A DNA stretch of 63,453 nucleotides, filler included, from Welwitschia mirabilis (taxonomy: Eukaryota), in assembly GCA_051453625.1 (NCBI GenBank). It is 4 parts of one record of this genome, joined end to end, with 100 filler letters (N's around TTAATTAATTAA, not from the genome) between each part and the next. Parts side by side here need not be neighbours in the genome. Positions count along the whole stretch, not along the records: positions 1 to 29,727 come from JBOZIK010000001.1; 3 more parts are not named here. One strand, 5' to 3'. Position numbers and translations under genes: made by a program. Below are positions 13,116 to 26,700 of this stretch, piece by piece; position 1 is the stretch's first letter; each line of letters starts with the position of its first letter. The notes beneath the pieces were generated by a model that was given only the letters and a program-made list of their open reading frames with translations, made no database searches and was not told the DNA's origin.

Positions 13116-15497
13116 ATAAAATCAAATGAGCATGTGCTTTGTGATAACCAACTTAAGAAAGAAGAAGAAATGAAACCTTAGGAGTGTAAAAAAGTGCAAC
13201 TTTTCAAGAAAGATTATGAGGAAGATTGTCCATTACATGAACCAATTCAAAATCATAATTTGAACTTGGATGAGAAAAATATTTTTAATGGAGTTAAATA
13301 TAAAATTCTTTGTAATGATCAAAATAAAATTTTAACATTCCATGAAAATATGTTATCAAAGTTACCATTTCTCTCTCTCTTAACTTCCAAAATTTATGCT
13401 TTAATGTGGTATCATAGAGTGCCTTCTATTACTCCTCTCTTTATCCAATTTATTTTACTTGGAAATAATTGCACATCTCTTATGTTTCATCACTTGGTAA
13501 ATTTTTGGTTTGGACATTATTTCTTTAAAATTATTGAGACCAAAATAGATCCTAAATTTTCCCTTTTTTTTGTGTGTTTTATATTTAGAAATTCAATAAA
13601 ATTAGCTTTTCTTAAAATTTTCTTTTTAGTTTTCTATTTTGAGAGTCTCTATTGTCATTTTCTGATTTCAGTTTTTATTTTTGTTTATAGTTTCCATTTT
13701 CTATTTTTTTAATAATAATAATCTATCGTCTCCTATCTCATCTCCATGATAAGGTGGATGATAGTTATTTTTGTTAATTTTTTTAGATTTTTGATAATTT
13801 TATATGTTTTCTAATTTTTTTCCTCTATCATTCTCTCTGTCGTCTAGACAATGACCGGGATGATAATCAATAAAATGTTGATTTTTATTTTTTGTTAATT
13901 TAAGAAAATACATTTTTATTACTCTGTTGAGATTTCTAAATTAACTGCTTAAGAATTGTAGGAAGTAAATGGGTAAAAATTGGAATTACACGAGCAAACC
14001 GTCTAAATTTTCTCTTAGTTTCTTTTCTTTGGAAGATTATTATGATATTACTTGATTATTTTTTTCAAACTTGACTTATGTATTTTCATGACTAGTTTTT
14101 TGACTTGGACATTTCAGTGGCAAGATTGAATTCATCTAATCTTATGACATTCACATGTCCATAAACTTCAATTAAAGGAAGATGCTTTATTTTTGATGTT
14201 TTCACAATGGTAAAGAGGTCTATTGTTTAAGAGCATTCTTTTCTGTTTTAATCATATGACTTTCATCTTCATCTTTCAGAATGTTTAATCATGTGAAATG
14301 TTGTTTTGTTTTATTTAAAAAGAGAGAGAGAGAGTATTTGTATGAAATAAATACCATGATGTTTTATATCTATAATATCTTAAAAACATGATTACCATGA
14401 TGTCCTATTACAAGTATAGTGAAGAAAATATTTCTGAAAGAAGCCCTTGATAGTGTAATATGAGAGCTATGGAAACTCCACTGGGAGGTTAGTTAGCCAT
14501 GCTTCATGAGTCCTTACTTCCCTGACTATGGTTGCACTTCCCTCATAATGGATAATAAAGGTGTATTTAACTTTGAGGCTATGGGATCAGTGGTGTTCCT
14601 AGTGTCATTAGAGGCATTGCTTATTTCCTAGACTCTTATTCTTTTCACATAATCATTTCATTTCTTGAGATTTAGATGTTTATTTTGATATGATGACAGG
14701 AGAGTTTATTTTTGAGTTACTCTTTGGTCTAATCATTAATTTTTTAAAGCATTTCACTCTAGCATTATCATAATCACTACCTTATCGAATGGAATTTTTG
14801 TACATTAAGTCATGCATTTTACACATCAAGTGATGTTATAATTTCTTTGATGGGAGTCTGCTAGGTTAAAATATCAGATTGACAAGCTATCTTTGTTTAT
14901 GTTATCTTACCCATTATTCTTGTTTTCTTTTGTGGGTTTGTTAGTTATTTCAAAGTCATTACCATATTTTTTTAGCATGTTTTCCTTGTTTAAGTTTTTA
15001 ATAAAAGATAATTTATTACTTAGATAAGTGGTTTCTTCAGATTTTTGGTATTGTAAGCACTTGCTTATGTTCTTTTTGTGATGAAACATTTTTATTGTCC
15101 ACTCTTTTCTTTACTTATTAGACTATTACATATCTCTTTACTCAGCCTTGCACTTCATTTTGGAAAATTATCCTCTTTTACTTACCTTCTCACTCTTGTT
15201 TGCTTTCTTTGCTTTATTTTTCAATATGGGATGTATTGTTTTTTCTTTAGGAGGGGGGCACAAACCCATTTTCATGGCTCATTTTCAAAAATTTTTAACT
15301 TAATTTATAGCTTTCATGATATAAAATTTTTAAAATTTTTATATACACTATGCATTACTTGTTATTTATCTATGTGATGTGTTTTATGAGCCTATTTTAT
15401 AACTTCTAGATTTATCTTTTGAAAAATAAATTTGCTCACAAGTATGGTTTTTCCACTGGTTTTTGTTAGGGACTGACAAAGGTTAAGTGAAAGGCTA

Positions 15498-16559
15498 TGT
15501 TGCACTACTAATTTATGGTTATTTAATAGGGTTTTATGAGTTGTTTTATAGGACTTTTATAAAGGTTTAGGTGTGATTCTAAGGATTTTGGAGATACAAG
15601 AGAAAATCTTAAACAAGTGCGATTCTTATCGAAATCTGATATATTAAAGGCATTTTCTGATGCATAGAGCTTTAAAGAAGGAATTCATGACAAAAAATGC
15701 TAAGTCCTCTTTAAGGAAATAATCAAATAAAACTATTGTCTTCTCCATCATCCCCATGATAAGTAGGATAATGACTGCTAAGTTATCATTTTGAGAAGAT
15801 TTTATAATGTACTATTGTTCCCACTATTATCCAAATGATAATTGGTTGACACTTATATGTAATTGACTCTGACAACTATCCATAACTGTTTCATCTATTT
15901 CTAAGTCATTTATGAGTACACCTAATAATACCTACCATTTATCCTTTTTTGCTATATTTTCTTATAAATAAGTCCCTTTTCAACTTTCCTTCTCATCTTC
16001 GTTGCACTAGAAATTCTCATGACAAGAGGTCAAAGGGCGAGAGATCCATCTACGTGTGTTGCAGAAAGATGTGCACTTGGTGAAGGGAGGTGTATCTTCC
16101 ATTGATATTTGACTATTTTGTAACCTAGATGTTGTTACTCTTCTAATATAAAAGTTAATTTTCTTTTCATGATTTCATCTTAGGTTTTCTGATTACCCTT
16201 ATGGTTTATTATTGTCCTTGATCTGGTGACAATTTCTTGGATGACATAGATCATTAAGGGTAGTCTTTGTTAAGGCTAAAAGCAAGTAGAGTTAGGGTTA
16301 TTTTGCATTGCATGTTAGTTTAGATTGCATCTTGCATCTTTTATTGTATTTTTATTTCCTTGCATTATTATTTATTCTTGATTCCTAGTTTCATTTGCAA
16401 AGAAACCTCATTCTCATACTTATAGACTTTAATGTGAATAGGACATTTTAGGTTTACTTCCACCATACTAGTATGATGTATTCTGTAAGCTATCTATTTT
16501 GGTTATAAATGATAGGATCTCTTTGAATGTAAAATCTTACACAAATACACACCACAACA
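15498..16559 (+). repeat. 3' LTR of E2
   Basis: TGTTGCACTACT...ACCACAACA, TG..CA termini with TGTTG/CAACA terminal inverted repeat. Confidence 0.92.
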
Positions 16560-18018
16560 ATTGCTACCATAAATAAATGATATTCCTTCCTTTTGGAATA
16601 CAAAATACTATTTATCTCTCTTTCTTTATGCTACAAATATCTCCATTAAATTCAATATCAAAACCCTTTTGGATAAGTTACCCAATTAAAATGAGATTAC
16701 ATGTTAAAGTATAAGCATAAATAATATCTTTAATTTCTACACATTTCTCATCATCAAAAGAAATTGTAATAGTTCCAATACCTTCAATTTTAATCTTATT
16801 TCTATCTCTGATGCTAACTTCTCCTAAATATTTTAGCTTAAAATGCTTAAAAAGATGCTTATATTTGTAGAGATGATTAGAGTAGCTAGAATCTAGTATT
16901 CATTCATGATAAGTTACAATAATAGATGCACATAAGATATTGTAGATGCTTTTATCATTGAATTTTTGACTTCTATGTGTTTCTTTAGTTACCACTGGTA
17001 TATTCTGTGTTAATTTTAATGTAGAAATCTATTCAAATATTTTTACATTTTGCTACATGTTTTATTCTTGAGTTGTCTCCATAAAACCCTTGTTACCTTT
17101 TTGATATTCTGGGTNNNNNNNNNNNNNNNNNNNNNNNNNNNNNNNNNNNNNNNNNNNNNNNNNNNNNNNNNNNNNNNNNNNNNNNNNNNNNNNNNNNNNN
17201 NNNNNNNNNNNNNNNNNNNNNNNNNNNNNNNNNNNNNNNNNNNNNNNNNNNNNNNNNNNNNNNNNNNNNNNNNNNNNNNNNNNNNNNNNNNNNNNNNNNN
17301 NNNNNNNNNNNNNNNNNNNNNNNNNNNNNNNNNNNNNNNNNNNNNNNNNNNNNNNNNNNNNNNNNNNNNNNNNNNNNNNNNNNNNNNNNNNNNNNNNNNN
17401 NNNNNNNNNNNNNNNNNNNNNNNNNNNNNNNNNNNNNNNNNNNNNNNNNNNNNNNNNNNNNNNNNNNNNNNNNNNNNNNNNNNNNNNNNNNNNNNNNNNN
17501 NNNNNNNNNNNNNNNNNNNNNNNNNNNNNNNNNNNNNNNNNNNNNNNNNNNNNNNNNNNNNNNNNNNNNNNNNNNNNNNNNNNNTTTATTCTTGAGTTGT
17601 CTCCATAAAACCCTTGTTACCTTTTTGATATTCTGGGTTTTTCTTTGAATTTATGTAGTTATAATCCTTTACTTTCTTCTAATGTCCTTTTTTAAGGTTT
17701 TCATACATGTCATAATAGTTGCATGTGCCTCTTTTATTATTAAAATAGCATTATTGCCTTCACACCTTTGCATGTTCTTTTGTTTCTTGTGAAGCTATTC
17801 CTTCTCTTGAACTAAGTCTTCCTCTTGTGCTTCTTTCTCTTCTTGCATGTGATGGTTAATTTTGAAACATGTTCTAGTAAGTTCTTCCTTTACTTCTTCC
17901 TCTATAATTACTATTTCCTCTTTTTATAACAAAATAATTAATAAGTTCTTATAAAGAATAGTTATCTAAATCTTTAAACTCCATAATAGCTATAGCAAAA
18001 GAATGATACTTGCATGCT

Positions 18019-18022
18019 AGCG

Positions 18023-18063
<41 letters not shown>

Positions 18064-18578
18064 TAAGTAATTNNNNNNNNNNNNNNNNNNNNNNNNNNNN
18101 NNNNNNNNNNNNNNNNNNNNNNNNNNNNNNNNNNNNNNNNNNNNNNNNNNNNNNNNNNNNNNNNNNNNNNNNNNNNNNNNNNNNNNNNNNNNNNNNNNNN
18201 NNNNNNNNNNNNNNNNNNNNNNNNNNNNNNNNNNNNNNNNNNNNNNNNNNNNNNNNNNNNNNNNNNNNNNNNNNNNNNNNNNNNNNNNNNNNNNNNNNNN
18301 NNNNNNNNNNNNNNNNNNNNNNNNNNNNNNNNNNNNNNNNNNNNNNNNNNNNNNNNNNNNNNNNNNNNNNNNNNNNNNNNNNNNNNNNNNNNNNNNNNNN
18401 NNNNNNNNNNNNNNNNNNNNNNNNNNNNNNNNNNNNNNNNNNNNNNNNNNNNNNNNNNNNNNNNNNNNNNNNNNNNNNNNNNNNNNNNNNNNNNNNNNNN
18501 NNNNNNNNNNNNNNNNNNNNNNNNNNNNNNNNNNNNNNNNNNNNNNNNNNNNNNNNNNNNNNNNNNNNNNNNNNNNNN

Positions 18579-18623
<45 letters not shown>
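18019..18623. repeat. (AG)n microsatellite inside copia A gag, shown twice around a gap
   Basis: AG runs at about 18026-18059 and 18579-18623, each followed by AAACCTAAGTA; gap between them. Confidence 0.85.
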
Positions 18624-18627
<4 letters not shown>

Positions 18628-19350
18628 TAAGTACTTTATCCACCAATGGTCTTCTAGATTTTAGTTCTCTAAGCTCTGTAAGTTTATTAAGAACATTTTG
18701 CAATCTTTTAAGAAATTTATTAAGAGGTTTACTTTAAAACATCATGAGGGTTTCAAACTTCCATTTTGCTTCATGAGTTTAACTCACTAAACTTTAGATA
18801 TGCCTTTAAAGTAACTTTCAAGAACATCCCAATATTCTTTCATAGTATTTTTTGTCATGATCTTTGAAAAAATTCTATCATGCAACCCATTTTCAATGAT
18901 GCCTCTAGATATTACACTTTTATTATTTCTTTCATCATATGCCTTCTTTCAATTATTTGATATTAGTTGGTACTCTATCAATGTAACTATTCTAAAAGAA
19001 TTCTCAATCACTTCCCATGCTTCATTACCTTCAAAATTGTTTTAATCATTTTCTACTCATACTAAAAGTTATTGCCTTTAGGCCTCAAAATTTGTGTACC
19101 TAAAAGAACCTATTTTACTTTTACAGTGCACCAAATAAAAATAGCGACATAAAATATCAACAAATGAAAAAATAGACTGTATTTTTTATTAGAAACACCT
19201 AGGTTTTATCTTAAATTATATGGATTAATCTTTAATTTATAAAACAACCATAAAAAAATCAAGTTTAAAGCTATTTTTGAAAAAATAAATAACTATAAAA
19301 TATAAAAAGACTAAAACAAGAAACTTAGATAATATGAAAATAGCTACACC

Positions 19351-19718
19351 TATTGAAAAACTATTTCTACCTCTTAAAATACATCAAAAGTAATCTCTAT
19401 CAAAACCAAAATAAAGCTTGTAACGGTAATAATAAGAAAGTAATTAGAGAATAAAAGTTGCAGAAATGTAAAATTAGTAGAATCAGATAAAACACAAGAT
19501 GCTCAATCTCAAGAATGCTTTCTCCTCTATTTCAGATATAAAAATATTAGTTCATTTAATACAATATGAGTTTTTCACACTCATTCTACTTTAAATATAC
19601 CTAATTTTTCAAGAAATCTATATTAAAACCCTAAGACATATTTACGTTAATTTATACCTCTAACAAACATATTGGCTGAAACATAAAAAAACAACTTGCA
19701 AATTAATTATAACTAACA
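19351..19718 (-). repeat. Probable 5' LTR of copia A (inner end uncertain)
   Basis: Gypsy RT reading (...LVLN*EKCHFMVN) stops abruptly at 19719 and minus strand continues TGTTAG...; TATA-like TATATTTAAAG; no clean PBS seen. Confidence 0.5.
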
Positions 19719-22392
19719 ATTAACCATAAAGTGGCATTTCTCCTAGTTAAGCACAAGATGTTTTTTGATACATCACTTAAGGATAGATTCTAAGTTATGC
19801 AAATAGTGGTAAAGAAAAGTTTCTTAAACTAAGAAGTCATGCATAAAGATTTTAACACTTGAATCTAACAAATCAAAGAACATTCTGATCATGCAATGTT
19901 GGAAAGTGGTAGGTGCATTACATAATCTAAAGGCCATTTGTTTATAGGAAAACATTCCATAGGAGTAGGTAAAGGTATTCTTATCTTGATCCTCAAGGAA
20001 AATTTCAAATTAATTATAACTCAAGTATCCATCTAAGAAACACTAAAATGGATGTCCTTTAAGTTGCTCTAAGATTTAATTGGAGAAAGAGAGAGAGAAG
20101 TGATCCTTTCTTGAAATAGTGTTTAGTTTTCTATAGTGAATGCACATTCTCAATTTTACTACAAATCTAGTAGGGATAACTTCATTATGATTGTTTAGGA
20201 TCAGGATAATTCCTACTTTCTTAGGTATAGTTTGATTTGGACTCATCCATTTGCTATCTGAAATAGGGTAGATAATTCTATTATTAAGAATTTTAATCAC
20301 CTCATTTTTAACTAAATCCTTTAAGGTTGGGTTTATTCATTTATGGTCTTATCTGAATGACTTAACATTATCTTTTAAGTAATTATGACACATGTAAATA
20401 TTAGGATCAATGTCCTTAATGTCTAAGAGAATTCATCTTATTACCTATCTAGTATTCCATAAGAGTTTAAGTAATTGAGCTTCTTGAGATGGGGTTAAGA
20501 AAGAACTTATGACTATTAGAAAAGGTGGAGTTATTACCCAAGAAAACATATTTCAGATCATTAGATAAGGGATTAAGTTCCAAGTCAATTTTGTTTTGGG
20601 TAGTATGGCATAATTATTGAGAGAAATCTAAGTCATGTTTTATGAGAGAGTTGGAAATAAATTATTAGCTTTTAAAAAGGGTTTTTATCCTATTCAGATG
20701 CTCTACCCCTTCATCATTTGATAGTAATTTCATGGCATTAAAAACATTTAGTTCTATGGTTATGTTACTAAAGGAAATCTTCATTAACATTTTCTTGTAA
20801 TTAATTAAGGCATTTGAAGTTGCTAAGAATAGTCTTCTTAAAATGGTAGGCACTAATTGATTTATTGAGTTTTTCATATCCAAAATCACAAAGTTCATCA
20901 GGAAATAGCAACTATCAATACTAATAGTAACATACTCTATGACTTCTAGTGATATTTTACAAAGTTTTTGACTAACTATAGTTTGAGTTTCATATTTTAA
21001 TAGGAAAGTAAATTCAAACTAATCACTAAGTCTAATAAATCTTAGTTAAGTTACTTATTGCCTATGGTAATAGCAATTGCAAGGCATCCAAGATCTTTGT
21101 ATTTAGGTGGATATTTATTTTGAAGGATTTCAATCATTTGTTGCACTAAGAAAGTTTTACTCTTCAAATTCATGCATCTTTTGGCAATACACATATCTTT
21201 AAGGAATTTCACATAGGAAGGCATTTGTTGTAGGGCTTATAGAAGAGGGATGTTTACTTTAATTTCCTTAAAAATTTCTAGGGTATCTAACTATTTTTTC
21301 ATTATATTATTCTTTCTAAGTTATTAAAGAAAAGGTAAGGATTTCTTGTATATAGGCAAAGGTTCTTCATTCATATCCTTTTTTTATTTTCTATGTGTAT
21401 TGACTTTTCTTTGGTTTTATTTTTCATGGATAGATTTTCTAACTCTTTTCCACTCTTAAGAAGTATAGACTTAGTTGTTTTCCAAGTGTTCCATCCCTTT
21501 AGTAAACCTAACTTTCTTTGGATATGGTGGAGCACTCATGAAACATTTGCCCATTTTATTTTGATTTATGATGAAAAGGATTTGGATTTGTATTTGTTAA
21601 AGTTAATATAGAACCTAAGTAAGGGATTATGTATTTCTCTTAAGTCTATTTAATGTGAAGAAGTGTTGTTTTACATCTTGTTCATGATTTTTGTTAAGTT
21701 GACTTAAGTTTCCATGAATTTTTTAACTAAATCCTCAAAGGGGATGGATGAGGATGGTTTTTTATAACTAGAAGTGAAAGGGTGAGAGGATGATGGCTCA
21801 TATTAGTTTCTTGGCTAATTTTGGTTGTTCTATTTTCTAGAAAATTTAGGTTTATTTCTCCACCCATAGATGAAAGCTTTTCAGTATAGGTTGTTCTTGA
21901 AATTTTGACATTATTGTCCTACTATGTTTATCTACTCATTGATTGTGTTTTGGAATAAAGGAATGGAGGGATATTTTGGAGTTTCATGGGCATCAATGTG
22001 GTAAACCAAACATTTAGAATTAGTAATCATAGATGAGGGTGAGGCTATTAAAGATTCTAATCTCCTTATAAATTCATCTATTTTGTTATTTACCTAGAAA
22101 CTTTTGGAAACCTTAAACATGATTATTGACCTTGCTAAGTAATGGAATATTTAGGGTTTGATAAGTTTTTCCCAATTCTTTAAACTCTAAGTTATACTTT
22201 TTAATTACTCTTAAACCTTGTCTAAGGATATGATAAGAAAATTTCCTCACTTATTATCTCAACTAATTGGCAGTTATTGGTAGACAACTCATTATAGAAG
22301 AAACTTATTTTCCTTTCCAATTTGAATCTATGTTGGGGAAATTTTAGTAATAAGTATTTAGATAATTCTAAGCTCTAAGAAAAGGATTCATG

Positions 22393-23663
22393 TGTTGAGT
22401 TATATTTTACCAAGTTGATGTTAGACTAACATTTTACTTTTAGCAAAACTTATTGTATTATTTGCAAAAATTATTAATCCTTATAGGTCAAAAGCAGAAA
22501 TTATTTATCACAAAATTTAGCTAAACCTAACAAATTTTATACCCTCAAAGGAATTGACCAAATTCCTAAGAGGTTGATCAAATCTATATCAAGAAGTGTT
22601 AAAGATATACTATTAAAGGGTTAACCGAATTCCTAAGGGGTCAACTAAACCTAAGTAATAAATTTATCACATTTAATTATTAAGGGGTTGACTAGATTTT
22701 AGAGAGGTTGACTAGATCTGGAATGAAAAGTTTTCATCTTTTCTAATTAAAGATTTGATCGGATACATGAGAAATCAATCAATCCTATGCCATTAATGCT
22801 ATTCTATATTTTTATAGATATGGGATTGACTGGACCAAAAGACGCTCAATTGCACATGTAGTTGATCGAATCCTAAGGAGTTGACTAGATAGAGAGTCAT
22901 AAGAAACATGAATTAACTAGAAGAAAATGGGATAATCAAATTTAGGGATGACACTTAATGGGGTTGATTAGACATTTCAAGAGGTCGACTAGCTATGATG
23001 AAAATGGAATTTTTCTAGCTATTTGTTTTTATCTATTGGAGAATTTATTTCACTTGTAAAACCCTAAAATATTTATTCTATATATTTGTTAGTTGTCAAA
23101 ACATTATACAACTTTTAAATATCTTTTTGACAAGCTTTTAGACTACTCATTAGCATATCTTCTATCTGACCAAAGACAAACAAACATCTTTTGTTATCAT
23201 CTATACTTGGTTAATTAGTTTGCACTATACGTACTTGGATTATACTATCATCTTAAGTAGTGTAGCAATATTATTATTAGTCTTTAGATCTAATAAAACC
23301 TATGTATTCTAGCACACCATCATTACTAAATAGAATTATTTCTAAAGGTTGAGACCAAGCCTCTAAACATTCTAATTGTAAAAGGTGATAGGTAAACCTG
23401 GAATACCTAGAAAGTGATTAATAAAGATCTAGATTAAGCTTGAGTAGAAGCTGATCATTAAGAGTGGAGAAGGAGGTTTCCCAAACCACTATAAATCATG
23501 TGTTAATCTCCACTGGTATTTTATGCTTTTATTTATTTAATTTTAGATTATTTTTAGTTTTTCATTTGCATAAATATTTTATTATTTAGTACCTATGGGG
23601 ATAGTTTATAAATTTATCTATTTAATTTTAAATCCTATTCATCCCCTAGGGTTCTAAATTCTT
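22393..23663 (+). repeat. 5' LTR of the Sirevirus-like element (3' end approximate; PBS appears partly deleted)
   Basis: TGTTGAGTTATATTTTACCAAGTTGATG... aligns with 29929 onward. Confidence 0.85.
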
Positions 23664-23721
23664 TAGAGCTCGGTAGAGTCATTGGTGGATCCTAATAGGT
23701 CTAAACTCTTGAACCCTGAAT

Positions 23722-26700
23722 ATGAGTAATCCTTTAGATGGATTTTATATTGGAAGAGCACCCATGTTTAATGGGATAAACTATGCTTACTAAAAGGCCT
23801 GTATGAAAATATTTCTTAGATTCTTAGATGTAGACATACAAGAGGTAATCTACAATGAATACATTATTCCCAGACTATCTAAAACCAATGTCAATGAAAA
23901 TACCATAGTGATAGTAAAATATCGAGATCAATGAATCCCCACCAATAAATCTAAGATTATCCTAGATGCTTGTGCTCTTAATGTAATTTTTTGTGCAATA
24001 CATGTAGATGAGTTTAAAAGGATTTTGAATTGTGAATACATCAAAGAAGCTTAGGATATTCTTGAAATAGCACATGAAGAAATGTTTATTATTATATAGG
24101 CAAAACTATAGATGCTCATTTCCAGGTTTGAATACATTCACATGAACTAGAAGAAGATACTTTAAGATTTCTTTACTAGACTAACAAACATTATAAATTT
24201 TATGGCAAGTCTAAGTGAAAGTATGAAGGAAGGAAATGTTATTTGAAAAGTTTTAAAATATCTTCCAAAATGTTTTGGGATAAAGGTCATAGCCATCAAA
24301 GAAAGTAAGAATATCAATCAAGTGACACACTTGAGGAACTATAAGGTAATCTTCAAACTTTTGAGTTGAAATTTATTAAAGATAAAAAAGAGGTCTTACT
24401 TTAAAAAGTATGTAGGAAAATTATAGATTTGAAAAACTAGACAAAGATGTTGATAACAATGAAGTTGCCCTTTTGAAAAGAAGATTCAATAAGTTCTTGC
24501 ATAGAAGAAAGATAGAAGCTAAACCAAGTATATAACTAAAAAGAAGTCATTACAAATTTAGAAAAGATCAAGAAAAAAAAGGGAAATCTAATGCTATGCT
24601 TATAAGGGTTATGAACATGTTGCAAACAAATGTACAAACAACCAAAGAGATTAGAGAAAATCAAAGAAATCATCTTTCATTACTACATGGAATAATGTGA
24701 ATGAAGAAGATGACAGTAACTCAAGCCAAGAGTCAAATGAAGACTGAAGATTTTCTTTTATGGCAATAGTCTCTTTCATAAAGAACATGCCTTGCTTATC
24801 AGAACCAATGATTTAGATCTTATTAAAGAATTTTAAAATAAGCTTAAAAAAACTTTCCAAGAGCTTTACTTAGACTGTGAAAAATTAGTGAAATGTATCA
24901 ATGATCTAAACAAAATAGTAAGGTTATAACTAAGGAAAGGAGGAGTTGGAGACAAAGTACAAAATGGTCCAACCTAAAAACTTCAAACTTACTCAAGAGG
25001 TAAAGAGCTTATCTCATTTTATAAGTAAATTTTTAGATAATTTAGCTANNNNNNNNNNAGGATATGAAAACCAACTCATGACAAAAAAGGTATTGCATTT
25101 GTCTTCTAAAGACCATAAAATCAACCAAATCAATTATAATGCTATAAATTTAATGCTATTTTCAAATTCTATTAGTGCTTTTTTTTTAAATTTATCCCAG
25201 AAGGATGTGTACCACAATAGTCCAAATGAACTAAGTGGATAAGAGCTAATAATTTAAAAGGTCTTTTGATTCAAATAGCTTTTAAGCATCGAATGGAACT
25301 AGCTAATACTTGGATAATAGTTGCTCTTGATACATGACAGGTAACGAATCAAGTTCCAACATCTAGATGACTTTGATGAAGGAGAAGTTATATTTGGTGA
25401 TGATGAAAGAGCAAAGATTAAAAGAACTGAAAGCATTAATAGAGGTAACATGCTTAAGATTAATGAAGTTTTATATGTTAATGGTCTTAAGCATAATTTT
25501 CTTAGTATTACTAAAATTTATAATAAAGGGTACAGAGTTATTTTTGATAGTAAAAAGTACGAAGTTAGACATGGAAAAATGAATGATGTTATTTTTAAGA
25601 AAAATAGAATAGATAATGTTTACAATATTGATCAGTCTTTATCTGCATACTATTTTTGTCATGTAAATTAAGAAGAACTATGACATCAATGTTTAGTACA
25701 TGTAAATTATGATCATCTTAAAATAATTATTAAAAAGGAAATTGTGAAAGGAATTTCCAAGATTAACATTAAAAAACATGGGATTTATGATGTGTGTCAC
25801 AAAGGGAAGCAAGTTAGAACTTCTTACAAAAGTAAAAATCTAGTCTTTATAACAATGTCTCTTGAACTTATTCACATGAACTTGGTAGTTCTCGCTCAAA
25901 TAAAAAGTCTAGAAGGTAAATTATATATTTTAACTATGGTTAATGACTACTTCAAATTTACTTAGGTTGTCTTTCTTAGAAACAAAGCTAAAACGTATAA
26001 ATGTTATGTTGAAATTTTAAATAAAATCTAAAATAAAAGAGAATACACCATTAAAAAAATTAAAAGTGACCATAAAGGAGAATATGAAAACTATATATTT
26101 AAAAAGTATTGTATAGAAAATAATATAGAACATTAATTCTCAGCCCTAAAAATGCCTTAACAAAATGGAATTGCTAATAGAAAAAACTAAGCCCTTTAAG
26201 AAATGACTAGAACAATGTTAAATGATAAGGAGGTTCTTAAAATTTTTTGGGATAAATAAGTAAGCATCACTTACTATATTATAAAAAAAGTCTATCCAAG
26301 ACAAGTAATGGATAAAACATCCTATGAGCTTTGAAAAGAAAGAAAACCAAATGTTTCATATTTTAAAGTCTTTGGAAGTAAGTGCTTTGTATTAAAAGAT
26401 AGATAACAGTTGAGTAAATTTGAGTCAAAGGCTAATAAAGCAATCTTTTTAGGGTATTCAACTAGAAGTAAAGCCTATCAAGTGTTCAAAAAAATAAGTC
26501 TAATAGTGAAAGAATCTATAAATGTGAAAATAGATGATTTAATTCTTCCTTTAAATAATAAAGAAAACTTGACTTCAAGCACTCCCATAATAAAAGAAGT
26601 TTTAACTAAAAAGGAAGAAAAGACAAGTTACCTTCAAAAAGTTTAAAGAGTTAAAAAATCATCCTTTGGGGTTGATCATTAGAGATGTTAGCTCAAAAAT

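Larger units (their letters stand above)
9242..16559 (+). mobile_element. Non-autonomous Athila-like LTR element E2 (gag + protease, no RT/RNase H/integrase)
   Basis: Paired ~1.07 kb LTRs, PBS 10320-10337, PPT-like AAGTGAAAGG before the 3' LTR, near-perfect TSD ATGGC (9237-9241) / ATTGC (16560-16564); gag about 10755-12590, protease 12591-13115, then straight into 3' UTR. Confidence 0.88.
8413..19718 (-). mobile_element. Ty1/copia element A (degenerate), split by E2 and cut at left by E1; itself inserted in the RT of gypsy X
   Basis: Minus strand: putative LTR from 19718 (TGTTAGTTATA), gag about 19100-17600 (VDKVLRFL...AIAIMEFKDLD), protease ILDSSYSNHL about 16870-16900, GAG-pre-integrase HARLKHVN about 9160-9190, integrase (ORF 8483..8677, HKPNLSHVRIFNSKC; RGKLNEKVIESIFVGY about 8415-8460). 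Confidence 0.8.

Noticed and set aside
13194..13712. 172 aa hydrophobic ORF as a membrane or env protein
   Set aside because: The Phe/Leu/Ile-rich tail is explained by T-rich UTR composition; no recognisable domain
14445..14540. Hammerhead ribozyme / retrozyme in the conserved 3' block (ATGAGAG...GAAAC) or at CTGATGA about 9323
   Set aside because: No CUGANGA core with correctly placed GAAA and NUH; the 9323 motif is not conserved in the partner LTR
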